Positions 38,567 to 47,230 of a stretch of DNA of 57,252 bases are shown one piece after another. The stretch spans positions 1 through 57,252 of the forward strand of contig JANYJF010000032.1 in the NCBI GenBank assembly GCA_025361885.1, read 5' to 3'. Position 1 is the first letter of the stretch, and each line of letters opens with the position of its first letter. The position numbers were made by a program, and so were the translations under genes. The notes beneath the pieces are model-generated. The model was given only the letters and a program-made list of their open reading frames with translations, ran no database searches and was not told the DNA's origin. The DNA is from Coriobacteriia bacterium. GTDB taxonomy: Bacteria; Actinomycetota; Coriobacteriia; Anaerosomatales; PALSA-660.

Positions 38567-40914
38567 GAGGTGGTGATCTTCCCGGTGCGGAGGGCGCTCG
38601 CATCATCGGCAGGTGCGGGGCCTTCGGCCGCCATGCGCGTCATGATCAGGTACAGGGCTCCCACGCCAACATAGAGGATGATGAGCGCCGGGATGATGAT
38701 CCCGGAATCCTCAGTGAAGTATGCCACCGTGCCGGCAACCAGGCTGGCGGTCAGTCCGGCCGAGTAGCCCGGCCATCGCTCGAGCATCGCCTTGAACTCC
38801 CCGCGCGGCTTCCATCGCAGGTAGATGAGCGTTCCCATGATCCCGACGAGCAGGTATGTCCAGTTGGTGCGGGTCAGCACCCGGAAGTTGGTGTCGGCCT
38901 TCCTCATGATGATCGTCCACAGCGCGCCGACCCCGCCGACGCCGGCGGACTGAAGGGCCTTGCCCAGATGCGTCTCGCGTCCCGGGCTGCCGAGCAGGTC
39001 GATCGCCGACAGCGCCGCGACGAGGAGGACGACGAGCAGCAGCACGACGCCGGCCGTCTTCCAGCTCAGCACCTTGCGGCCGTTGATGAGGGCCCAGAAC
39101 ACCCCATAGCCGACGGTGCCCCAGATCGCCACACCAACGTTGGCCCCGAACATCGGGGCTGCGGAGGTGACCACCATCAGAACGCCGAGCACCGGCACTC
39201 CCCACTTCTTCGCGGCGCCTATCCACGGCTTGTCGCGCAGGATGTCGAGCAGGACACCCGCTCCGATGATGGAGGCGCCGAGGATCAGTGCCGCTGACTC
39301 GTTGCCCATCCCGTAGAAACGTGCCCCGAACAGTGGCGAGTAGGAGAAGAAGCCGGTCTGAGACAGCGGCGCACCCACCCATTGGTCGACGAGCACGACC
39401 GCTGTGGTCCCGAGACCGAACACCGCGATGCGAACTCCCGAGTGATCGTCGCGCGAGACGAGAAGCACGGCAGCCCACAGGAGCAGCGCGACACCTATCA
39501 GCAGCGATGTCACCGCGCCTGCTGTCGGGGGCCATCGCCACACGAGGAATCCGACCGTGCTCGCCACCGGGACAGCAAGTGTCAGGAGCAGCAGCGACCG
39601 AAGGATCCTGCCCCAGCGACCTGTCACGCCGCCCACGCCTCCTACGACGAGGAACGTGCACAACACCAAGATGCCGACGACCAGGCTGATATAGGCATTG
39701 ACCACGGAGAAGCGCACGACCTCGACCGCGACCGACGTGCGGTTGTACTCGTCGAGGGTGGCGACACGGTCCTCAAGCGTCGCCCCGGCCGATGTCGAGC
39801 CGATGACGGCGCCCGGCATCGAGGACGGCGCCTTGGCGCCCAACGCGGCGAGTGTCGTCGCACCGATGTCCATGAACGTCACGATCCCCGGCCGGTGCGT
39901 CGATGAGGCGGTGGCCACGCCTCCCGACAGACCGGGGCCCTTCAGAACAGCCGGCACCAGCCCGGGGGGCTCGCCCTCCACTTCTGGAGCCGCGAGGCTG
40001 ACCACCATGATCGTGTCCTGAGGCCCGAGGGCGGCGGCAACACGGGAAACCACCTTGTCGAGCTCGCGCAGAGCGGTCGCGTGCTGGGCGGCGACGACCT
40101 GTGTCGACGCGTCCGAGGCCGAAGCCGCGACGCGAGACAGATCACCCGGATCGATGACAGCGAAGATGGCGCCGCTGGATGACGCACGGGTGGCGGATGA
40201 CATGGCCTTCGTGTAGGCGGAGAGCAACTTGGCGACGTCGGTGCGGACACCGAAAGGTCGGGTGGGGTCGGTATCGAGCGTGCGGGCGGAGACGTCACCG
40301 AACATGGTGCGGCCAGCCGCGTCCATCGCGATCATGCCGGCCGGGCGGACCCGCATGATGTCACTCAGCGACAGGCCGGGATCCGAGTTGCCGGCGCCCA
40401 CCGTGGCGCCACCGGCGTCGCGGACCGCCTGGCCGAGCGTTCCGACAGCCCCCGGCGTCGACAGATCGCGGTTTGCGAACCTCTGCCGCGGCACGCCGAG
40501 GAAGACGACCTGGTCGCCTGACGGGGACGCACCCGACAGCCGCGAGAACTCGGTGGCAGCGAGCCCGCCCTCGGTGTACTCGTCCGACGAGTAGGCCTCG
40601 AGCGATGTCGGATCGATGGTGACTCCCGCGCCTGCGGAGAGCAGCAGCGCCCCCTTGACGATCGCCGAGGTGCCGACGCCGACGGAGCCGCTTCGCAGGT
40701 TCACATTGGCCAGCGTGCCGGAGCGGGCCAGGCCGCGGATCGACGGTACGGGGCCTTTGGTGATGTCGTTCCACGTCATATACGGGGCGACGATGACCAC
40801 GACGGCGCGCGGACCCGTCGGGGCGGTGGCCCCTGCAGCCGCCGAGGAGGTGAGCGGAAGGCTCAGTCCCACGAGGCAGACCATCGCGATCATCGCAGCC
40901 AGGCGTCGCTTCAT
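38563..40914 (-). CDS. Large uncharacterised membrane protein: signal peptide, extracytoplasmic alpha/beta domain (possibly alkaline-phosphatase-like fold), about 10-12 C-terminal TM helices
   Basis: ATG at 40914 (MKRRLAAMIA...). Motifs SSTHRPGIVTFMDIGAT, GARFYGMGNE, GANVG, THLG, EDSG. Its stop overlaps the next ATG. Confidence 0.8.
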   Translation of the reverse strand: MKRRLAAMIAMVCLVGLSLPLTSSAAAGATAPTGPRAVVVIVAPYMTWNDITKGPVPSIRGLARSGTLANVNLRSGSVGVGTSAIVKGALLLSAGAGVTIDPTSLEAYSSDEYTEGGLAATEFSRLSGASPSGDQVVFLGVPRQRFANRDLSTPGAVGTLGQAVRDAGGATVGAGNSDPGLSLSDIMRVRPAGMIAMDAAGRTMFGDVSARTLDTDPTRPFGVRTDVAKLLSAYTKAMSSATRASSSGAIFAVIDPGDLSRVAASASDASTQVVAAQHATALRELDKVVSRVAAALGPQDTIMVVSLAAPEVEGEPPGLVPAVLKGPGLSGGVATASSTHRPGIVTFMDIGATTLAALGAKAPSSMPGAVIGSTSAGATLEDRVATLDEYNRTSVAVEVVRFSVVNAYISLVVGILVLCTFLVVGGVGGVTGRWGRILRSLLLLTLAVPVASTVGFLVWRWPPTAGAVTSLLIGVALLLWAAVLLVSRDDHSGVRIAVFGLGTTAVVLVDQWVGAPLSQTGFFSYSPLFGARFYGMGNESAALILGASIIGAGVLLDILRDKPWIGAAKKWGVPVLGVLMVVTSAAPMFGANVGVAIWGTVGYGVFWALINGRKVLSWKTAGVVLLLVVLLVAALSAIDLLGSPGRETHLGKALQSAGVGGVGALWTIIMRKADTNFRVLTRTNWTYLLVGIMGTLIYLRWKPRGEFKAMLERWPGYSAGLTASLVAGTVAYFTEDSGIIIPALIILYVGVGALYLIMTRMAAEGPAPADDASALRTGKITTS

Positions 40915-41052
40915 GCTCTCACTCCAAACGGCGCACCCGGGCGTGCGGACACATGGTCCGGCCCGGGCGATGGGCCAAGCGTGCGGGGGCTGGTGACGGA
41001 TCGGGCGACATGGTGCCTGTGCGCGCCCGGGCAGCAGAGGTGCCCGACCAGA

Positions 41053-41116
41053 AGTATACCGGAATATGTCGCGACGACGCGGAAGTTCCTGTGGGTGTGT
41101 TGCCGTCCGGTAGAAT
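41053..41116. promoter_or_regulatory. Divergent -10 elements: TATACT (minus, 41053-41058) and TAGAAT (plus, 41111-41116)
   Basis: Both match TAnnnT and sit between divergently transcribed genes. No clear -35. Confidence 0.5.
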
Positions 41117-41158
41117 GGCGGCGAAGCATACCGCGACCGCATCCACCCGGAGGCACCC

Positions 41159-42787
41159 ATCGCCGCTCCGTCGATAGCACGCTCGACCGCGACCATGTCG
41201 GTCTCGACGCTCGTCTCCCGCATGACCGGCTTCGTGCGGACGTGGGCGATGGCCGTCGCGCTGGGCGTCACCATGACGTCCACAGGCGCGATACCGGTCG
41301 CCTCTTCGTTCAACATCTCCAACAACATCCCGAACATGATCTACGAGCTGCTGGCTGGCGGGGTCCTGTCCGCCATGCTCATCCCGATCTTCATGGAGCG
41401 ACTCGAGAAGGATGGCCAGGAGGGCGCGTTCCACTTCATCCGATCGCTGTTCAATCTCGCCTTCGTGGTGCTGGGCCTGGTCGCGCTCATCGGGACGTTC
41501 CTCCCATACCCGTTCGTCCGCACCCAGACGTTCACGGTCAAGCCCGAGGAGGTCCAGCTCGCGGTCTACTTCTTCCGCTTCTTCGCCGTACAGATCGTGT
41601 TTTACGGGATGATGGCGATCACCACGGGCGTGCTCAACTCGTACCGGCACTTCTTCGCGCCGGCGATCGCTCCGGTGCTCAACAACGTCGTGGTCATCGT
41701 CGCGCTGCTAGGTGTCTACATCCCGATGCGCGCCTCGCACCCCATGTGGGCCGTCACCGCGCTCGCGGTTGCGACCACGCTGGGCGTCGTGGCGCTCCTC
41801 GTGGTGCAGCTGCCGGTGCTCTTCAAGCTCGGATTCCGGTTCAAGCTCGGGATCGACTGGAAGGACCCGTCTCTGCGCAAGCTGGGCATCAAGATGCTCC
41901 CGATCCTGCTGTACGTGGCGACGAACCTCGTGGGCGTGTCGTTCCGCAACGCCTACGCCACCTCTGCGTTCCGCGATGGCTCGGCGACGCTGTCATACGC
42001 CTGGATGTGGTACCAGTTGCCGTACGGCGTCTTCGCCGTGGCGCTCATCACCGCGCTCGTGCCCGAGCTGTCCGAGATGGCGGCGAAGAAGGACTGGACC
42101 TCGTTCAAGACGACCTTCTCCACAGGATTGCGCGCGCTCGGCGTCCTGGTCCTGCCGATGGCCGCGATGCTCATCGCTTTGGCGGGGCCGCTCGTGACCC
42201 TGTACCGCGCCGGCAATTTCCCGCAGGCCGCCGTGCCGCTCGTCTCCAGCGTCCTGATGGCGTGGACTCTGGGCCTGTTCTCGTTCTGCGCGTTCATGTT
42301 CGTGCTGCGCACGTTCAACACGATGCAGGACAGCCGGACGCCGGCGATCGTCAACGTGTTCGTCACGGTCCTGCAGGTCGCGCTGTACGCAGGACTGACG
42401 AGCATGACGGCATGGGGCAACTTCCGCCTCGTCGGCATCCCGGCCGCGGACGCGATCGCCTACACGCTCAACGTCGCGATCCTTCTGATCATCCTGCGCC
42501 GCCGCATCGGCGCGTTCGACGGCCGTCGCATCGTCGGGACGCTCGGCGTCGTGCTGGGAGCCTCGCTGCTCGGTGGCGGCGCCGCGTGGGGAGCCTCGCG
42601 TCTGGCCGGCCTCGCGCTGCACGCCGGCCGCTTCGCCTTCCTCGGGCAGATCGCCGCCGGTGGCGTCGCCGGGCTCGTGGTCGCCTACGGCCTGCTCCTC
42701 GTGCTGAAGGTGCCCGAGATGGGGATCGCGGCTTCCATGGCCAAGCGGGTGGTCGGTCGCGCACTGCCGAAGAGGGCCGCATCCTGA
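41159..42787 (+). CDS. murJ: MurJ/MviN family (MOP) flippase; start probably ATC at 41159 (first ATG at 41195)
   Basis: SRMTGFVR, NNIPNMIYELLAGGVLSAMLIP, GVLNS..FFAPAIAPVLNN, YQLPYGVF, QDSRTP. Confidence 0.9.
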   Translation: MAAPSIARSTATMSVSTLVSRMTGFVRTWAMAVALGVTMTSTGAIPVASSFNISNNIPNMIYELLAGGVLSAMLIPIFMERLEKDGQEGAFHFIRSLFNLAFVVLGLVALIGTFLPYPFVRTQTFTVKPEEVQLAVYFFRFFAVQIVFYGMMAITTGVLNSYRHFFAPAIAPVLNNVVVIVALLGVYIPMRASHPMWAVTALAVATTLGVVALLVVQLPVLFKLGFRFKLGIDWKDPSLRKLGIKMLPILLYVATNLVGVSFRNAYATSAFRDGSATLSYAWMWYQLPYGVFAVALITALVPELSEMAAKKDWTSFKTTFSTGLRALGVLVLPMAAMLIALAGPLVTLYRAGNFPQAAVPLVSSVLMAWTLGLFSFCAFMFVLRTFNTMQDSRTPAIVNVFVTVLQVALYAGLTSMTAWGNFRLVGIPAADAIAYTLNVAILLIILRRRIGAFDGRRIVGTLGVVLGASLLGGGAAWGASRLAGLALHAGRFAFLGQIAAGGVAGLVVAYGLLLVLKVPEMGIAASMAKRVVGRALPKRAAS

Positions 42788-43467
42788 ACGCCGTCGCGAT
42801 CATCCCCGCGCACGACGAGTCCGAACGCATCGAGGCGACGGTGAAGGCCGCTCTCGCGATCCCCCGCGTCGTGCGGGTCCTGGTGGTCGACGACGCCTCG
42901 TCGGACGACACCGCCGAGCGCGCGAGCGCCGCCGGCGCCGACGTCCTGCGCCTCGAGCGCAACGTCGGAAAGGGCGCCGCGCTCCAGGCGGGGCTCGAGC
43001 GTACGCGCCGGGGCAGGGACGCGGTCCTTCTGCTCGACGGCGACCTCGCCGAGACGGCTTCGCAGGGCGCTCTCCTGCTCGGGCCGGTGCTGGCCGGTGG
43101 GGCCGACATGACCATCGCGCGCTTCCCGAAGCCGGCGAACAAGGCGGGGTTCGGGCTGGTGATGCGCCTGGCCAGGTGGGGCATCCGGCGCTACGGCCGC
43201 GCGGACTTCCTGGCCACCGCTCCCCTGTCGGGGCAGAGGGCGCTCAGCCCCCACGCTGTGGACGCGGTCATGCCCTTCGCATCCGGTTATGGCGTAGAGG
43301 TCGCGATGACGTCGCACGCCCTGCGCGCCGGGCTGCGCGTCCTCGAGGTCGACACGACGATGGCGCACGCCGCCACGGGCCGGGACATCGCCGGATTCGT
43401 CCACCGTGGAAGGCAGTTCGCGGACGTGGCCTCGGCGCTGCTCGCCCTGCGGCGCGAGCTGCGCTGA
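42784..43467 (+). CDS. Glycosyltransferase family 2 (GT-A fold); probable CTG start overlapping the murJ stop
   Basis: VAIIPAHDE, VVDDASSDDT, NVGKGAAL, LLLDGD (DxD), APLSGQRA, GYGVEVAMT, HRGRQF. Confidence 0.88.
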   Translation: MNAVAIIPAHDESERIEATVKAALAIPRVVRVLVVDDASSDDTAERASAAGADVLRLERNVGKGAALQAGLERTRRGRDAVLLLDGDLAETASQGALLLGPVLAGGADMTIARFPKPANKAGFGLVMRLARWGIRRYGRADFLATAPLSGQRALSPHAVDAVMPFASGYGVEVAMTSHALRAGLRVLEVDTTMAHAATGRDIAGFVHRGRQFADVASALLALRRELR

Positions 43468-43513
43468 GGGCGCTGGGCGAGAGCCACGACCGACCGGGAC
43501 CGCCGTCCGATCG

Positions 43514-44380
43514 CTACTTCGGGATCGTGGCGGTGAGCGGGCTCGGGTACGCACCGTCGACACCGCGCGCCAAGCCGAATCGTCCGTCAGCCCGCCCGAG
43601 CAACACCCACACGAGCGAGACCTGGCCGAGCGGGGTGTCCGCGTGATCGACGGTGGGCAGACCGGCGTCGGACGCGGCAGCCGCGACACCGGTCGCGTGT
43701 TTCGTCGTCTCCGCTCCGGCAGCCATCTGGCCGTGCGACTTGGCCGCCGAGGCCAGCGCGATCTGCGCCGCATCGGCCTTGTCGTCGAACGCTCCGGTGA
43801 CCACGAACAGCGTGGGCGTCCCAGCGCCGTCGGGCCTGGTCATGGAGAGCTCTCCGGCCGCCACGAGCAGGTCTGTCAGAGGGCTCGGTATTCCCGGAGC
43901 GTTGGCGAATTCGCGGGCAAGCACGTCGGCGGTCGGGGCGGTCAGATCGCCGCTCGCGTCCGCCGCGAGCACCGCCGCCACCTTGGCGGCGAGCGCCTTG
44001 TCCTTCAAGCCGAAGCCGGCGTCGCGGAAGGTCGCCGCGATCGACATGCCGCCCGCCTTCGCCACTGCATCGCCTACCGCGGCCGCGGCGTCCGCGCGGC
44101 CCGCGTTGCCGAGCACCAGGACCGTGCGACCGGACAGTCTGTTCGCCACCAGGACCGGCGCGGCATCCGTGACGAACGCCTTGTTCGTATCCAACTCGGA
44201 CTTGAGCTGGGTGTTATCCGTCCGCAGCGCTGAGTACTCCTTCTGAAGGCTGTCGACCAGAGTCGTGCGCTGCGCGTTGAGCGTGCCGCGTTCCACGACG
44301 ACGGTGCCGAGCAACAGCCCGATGGACAACGCGAGGAACACCGCGACGAGCGATGCGATGTGATAGCGGAAGTTGTACAT
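43514..44380 (-). CDS. steB: SteB/MctB-like ('copper transporter', DUF3186) membrane-anchored protein
   Basis: FRYHIASLVAVFLALSIGLLLG N-terminus, coiled coil, PTVDHADTPLGQVSLV. Directly after steA. Confidence 0.85.
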   Translation of the reverse strand: MYNFRYHIASLVAVFLALSIGLLLGTVVVERGTLNAQRTTLVDSLQKEYSALRTDNTQLKSELDTNKAFVTDAAPVLVANRLSGRTVLVLGNAGRADAAAAVGDAVAKAGGMSIAATFRDAGFGLKDKALAAKVAAVLAADASGDLTAPTADVLAREFANAPGIPSPLTDLLVAAGELSMTRPDGAGTPTLFVVTGAFDDKADAAQIALASAAKSHGQMAAGAETTKHATGVAAAASDAGLPTVDHADTPLGQVSLVWVLLGRADGRFGLARGVDGAYPSPLTATIPK

Positions 44381-44407
44381 GCGCCTTGGACCTTCCAGTC
44401 GTTTCGC

Positions 44408-45529
44408 TTACATGCCCAGGAGTGTGCGTATGCGCAGCAGGCCGAGACCGAGTGCCGCACGCGCGGACGAGGAGATCATGACTATGACGGTCAGCGTGAC
44501 GAGCGCCGATCCGACTATTGCGACCAGTCCGTTCAGACCCGGGGTCGCGCGGTACAGCTTGTTCACGCCCTTGGCGTCCACGAGCTTCGGACCCACCTTG
44601 AGGCGCACGAGGAACGTCGAGGCCATGCCCTTGCGACCCTTGTCGAGGTACTCGATCAGGTTGGCGTGTGTTCCGACCGCCACGATCAAGTCGGCGCCCG
44701 ACTCGTATGCGAGCAGAAGCGCCAGGTCCTCGGACGTGGCAGCGAGCGGCCACGTGACGCCGGTCAGCCCGAGCTGCTGCAGTCGCTCCATTCCAGGCGC
44801 CCGCCCGTCGGGATACGCATGGACGACGAGTTCGGCACCGGCGCGAAGGGCCGCGTCGGTCACGGAGTCCATGTCTCCGATGATGATGTCGGGCGCGAAG
44901 CCCGCGTCGCGCAGGGCGTCGGCTCCGCCGTCCACGCCGATGAGCACAGGCTTGACCTCACGGATGTAGGGCCGCAGCGCCTGCAGGTCTTCCTTGTAGT
45001 CGTAGCCACGCACGACGACCATCACGTGCCGGCCCTCGATCTGGGTCGTGATCGCCGGGAGTCCGACTCCCTCGGTCAGCAGGTTCTTGTCTTGTTCGAG
45101 GTACTCCAAGGTGTTGCGGGCGAACTTGTCCAGCTGCTCGCCGATCCCCGCCTTGGCATCCTCCATGGATTGCTCGATCGACTCGACTGTCAGGCGCGTT
45201 CCCGACGCCACGACCTGCCCACCGTACAGCACGTCACAACCCACGACCTCGACCGTGTCGCCCTCCCGGACCTTCTCGAAGATCTCGGGGCCGACAGCGT
45301 CGAGAACAGCGACCCCGCCGCGCGTGAGAATGAGCGGACCGACGTTCGGGTAGACGCCTGTGATCGACCGCGAGGCGTTCACGACGACTTCGACGCCGGT
45401 GCCCAGCAGCCCCTCGGCGCTCACCCGGTCGAGGTCCGCATGATCGATGATGGCGATGTCCGAAGGACCGAGACGCTTGGTGAGATCCTTGGTGCGCTTG
45501 TCGAGACGCGCGGTTCCCTGATGATGCAT
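44408..45529 (-). CDS. steA: Putative cytokinetic ring protein SteA (thiamine-pyrophosphokinase-like domain)
   Basis: DKRTKDL, IIDHADLDRVSAE, YPNVGP, VVRG, IGVDGGADAL, PDIIIGDMDSV, VVHAYPDG, STFLVRLKVG.KLVDAKGV. Position after recN. Confidence 0.9.
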   Translation of the reverse strand: MHHQGTARLDKRTKDLTKRLGPSDIAIIDHADLDRVSAEGLLGTGVEVVVNASRSITGVYPNVGPLILTRGGVAVLDAVGPEIFEKVREGDTVEVVGCDVLYGGQVVASGTRLTVESIEQSMEDAKAGIGEQLDKFARNTLEYLEQDKNLLTEGVGLPAITTQIEGRHVMVVVRGYDYKEDLQALRPYIREVKPVLIGVDGGADALRDAGFAPDIIIGDMDSVTDAALRAGAELVVHAYPDGRAPGMERLQQLGLTGVTWPLAATSEDLALLLAYESGADLIVAVGTHANLIEYLDKGRKGMASTFLVRLKVGPKLVDAKGVNKLYRATPGLNGLVAIVGSALVTLTVIVMISSSARAALGLGLLRIRTLLGM

Positions 45530-45576
45530 TCCGTGCCCTTCCGGGACCCTGCGGGTGGTGGTGCGGGCCCCCGGGG

Positions 45577-45585
45577 AGTGTACCA
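45577..45585 (-). promoter_or_regulatory. Extended -10 (TGG-TACACT) upstream of steA
   Basis: agtgtacca at 45577-45585 in the recN-steA gap. Confidence 0.5.
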
Positions 45586-45601
45586 GAGCTGCCTTACGCG
45601 C

Positions 45602-47227
45602 TCATCGTGTTGAGGCCGTGGAGAGGAGTTCCCTGGCGTGCGCGAGCCCGGTGTCGGAGTCGGATCCGGACAGCATCCGGGCAACCTCGACGACGCGCTC
45701 CTCACCGACGACCGGGCGTACTCGCGTGACGGCCCGGCCGTCGACCTCGGACTTCTCGACGACCAGATGCGCGTCCGCGTATGCGGCGACCTGTGCGAGA
45801 TGGGTGATGACGAGGACCTGGTGCCGCTTCGCCAGCAGCGCGAGCCGCTTGCCGACGGCCAGCGCGGTCGCTCCGCCGATCCCCGCGTCGATCTCGTCGA
45901 AGACGAGCACGGGCACGGTATCCGCATCGCCCAGCACGCCTTTGAGCGCGAGCATGACGCGGCTCACCTCGCCGCCGGACGCGATACGCGCGAGGGGCCG
46001 GGGAATGTCGCCGCCGCTCGAGGAGAACATGAACTCGACTCTGTGCGGGCCGTCAGCGGTCCACGCGGCGAAGCCGAGCGGCGCCATTGCGACCTCGAAG
46101 ACGGCACCGGGCAAGGCCAGGTCCGATGCCGCGGCGGCAAGCTGTTCGGTGAAGCGCGGCGCGGCCTGCGAGCGCACCGTGACGAGCGCATCACCGGCCT
46201 GGCGCAGATTCGCTTCGGCGGAGCGCACCGCTTCGTGCGCGGCCTCCAGTCCCGCCTCCCCCGCCTCGAGTGTGACGATCTCCGCCGCGGCGGACTCGCG
46301 AGCCTCCAGCGCGTCGTCGATGGTGCCGCCGTACTTGCGCTTGAGTGACATGAGGGCCGCAAGGCGCGATTCCGCCTCGTTGAGGGCCCCGACGTCGTAG
46401 TCCGTCGACTCGCCGTAATCACGGATGCGGCAGCCCGCGTCGTCGACGGCTGTGATCGCCGATGACAGGTCGGCGGCGATCGCGTCGAGGGCCGGGTCCA
46501 GCCCTCCGCCCGCGTGCAGCGCGGCGAGCGCCTTCGCGAGCGTGTCGGACGCGCCCCCGTCGCTTCGCAGGGCGTCGAACGCCGCGGACGACGCCTCGGT
46601 GAGTTTGCCTGCGTGACGCATACGCGGAAGGCGCTCTTCGATCGCGCTGTCCTCGCCCGGAGCGGGGGCCACTGCGTCGATCTCGTCGACCGTCCAGCGC
46701 AGACTCTCGATGCGGCTGTCCCGATCGGTCATCGCGGCCGCGAGGCGCGCGGCCTCCTGCCGAGCGCGCACCGCCGACGCCCACGCGTCGCGATACGCCG
46801 CGAGCGCATCTTGGGCTGGTGCTCCGGCGAAGCGGTCGAGGTATGCGGCGTGCCGCGCGGGATGCAGCAGCGACTGGTGCTCGTGCTGACCGTGCAGGTC
46901 GACCGCCGGGCCCAAGGCGTCGTCGAGACCGGCGACCGACGCCATCTCACCGTCCAGGTAGCACTTGGAGCGACCCTCGGCGGAGAGCCTGCGGCGGACG
47001 AATCGCTCGCGACCATCGAGCACGAAGCGCCCTTCGACGACCGCCTCTGCCGCACCGGAGCGCACGAGCGTCGCGTCCGCGCGTTCCCCCAGCAGCAGTT
47101 TGAGAGCACCGACCAGGACCGTCTTGCCCGCGCCGGTCTCACCCGTGAGCACCGTCATCCCCGGACCGAGTTCCAGCCATGCCTCGTCGATGAGGGCGAG
47201 GTCCTTGACGTGGAGTTCCTCGAGCAC
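45602..47227 (-). CDS. recN: DNA repair protein RecN
   Basis: LTGETGAGKT, HGQHEHQ, IASGGEVSRVML, FDEIDAGIGG, ITHLAQVAA. Confidence 0.97.
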   Translation of the reverse strand: MLEELHVKDLALIDEAWLELGPGMTVLTGETGAGKTVLVGALKLLLGERADATLVRSGAAEAVVEGRFVLDGRERFVRRRLSAEGRSKCYLDGEMASVAGLDDALGPAVDLHGQHEHQSLLHPARHAAYLDRFAGAPAQDALAAYRDAWASAVRARQEAARLAAAMTDRDSRIESLRWTVDEIDAVAPAPGEDSAIEERLPRMRHAGKLTEASSAAFDALRSDGGASDTLAKALAALHAGGGLDPALDAIAADLSSAITAVDDAGCRIRDYGESTDYDVGALNEAESRLAALMSLKRKYGGTIDDALEARESAAAEIVTLEAGEAGLEAAHEAVRSAEANLRQAGDALVTVRSQAAPRFTEQLAAAASDLALPGAVFEVAMAPLGFAAWTADGPHRVEFMFSSSGGDIPRPLARIASGGEVSRVMLALKGVLGDADTVPVLVFDEIDAGIGGATALAVGKRLALLAKRHQVLVITHLAQVAAYADAHLVVEKSEVDGRAVTRVRPVVGEERVVEVARMLSGSDSDTGLAHARELLSTASTR

Positions 47228-47230
47228 GAC

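Noticed and set aside
41115-41177. 20-codon uORF MAAKHTATASTRRHPSPLRR overlapping the murJ start region
   Set aside because: Its ATG lies inside the predicted -10 box (TAGAAT), so it is probably not on the transcript, and it has no SD.
40915-41337. N-terminal extension of the 924-aa ORF
   Set aside because: It overlaps murJ antisense and the divergent promoter region. The signal-peptide-like MKRR start at 40914 is more plausible.
40981-43467. 828-aa ORF as one protein overlapping murJ
   Set aside because: Only the last ~227 aa are GT2-like. The upstream part is a low-complexity alternative frame of murJ.
43514-44380. Copper-transport function for the MctB-like gene
   Set aside because: There is no copper-related context and no metal-binding motif. 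Adjacency to steA favours the SteB cell-separation role.
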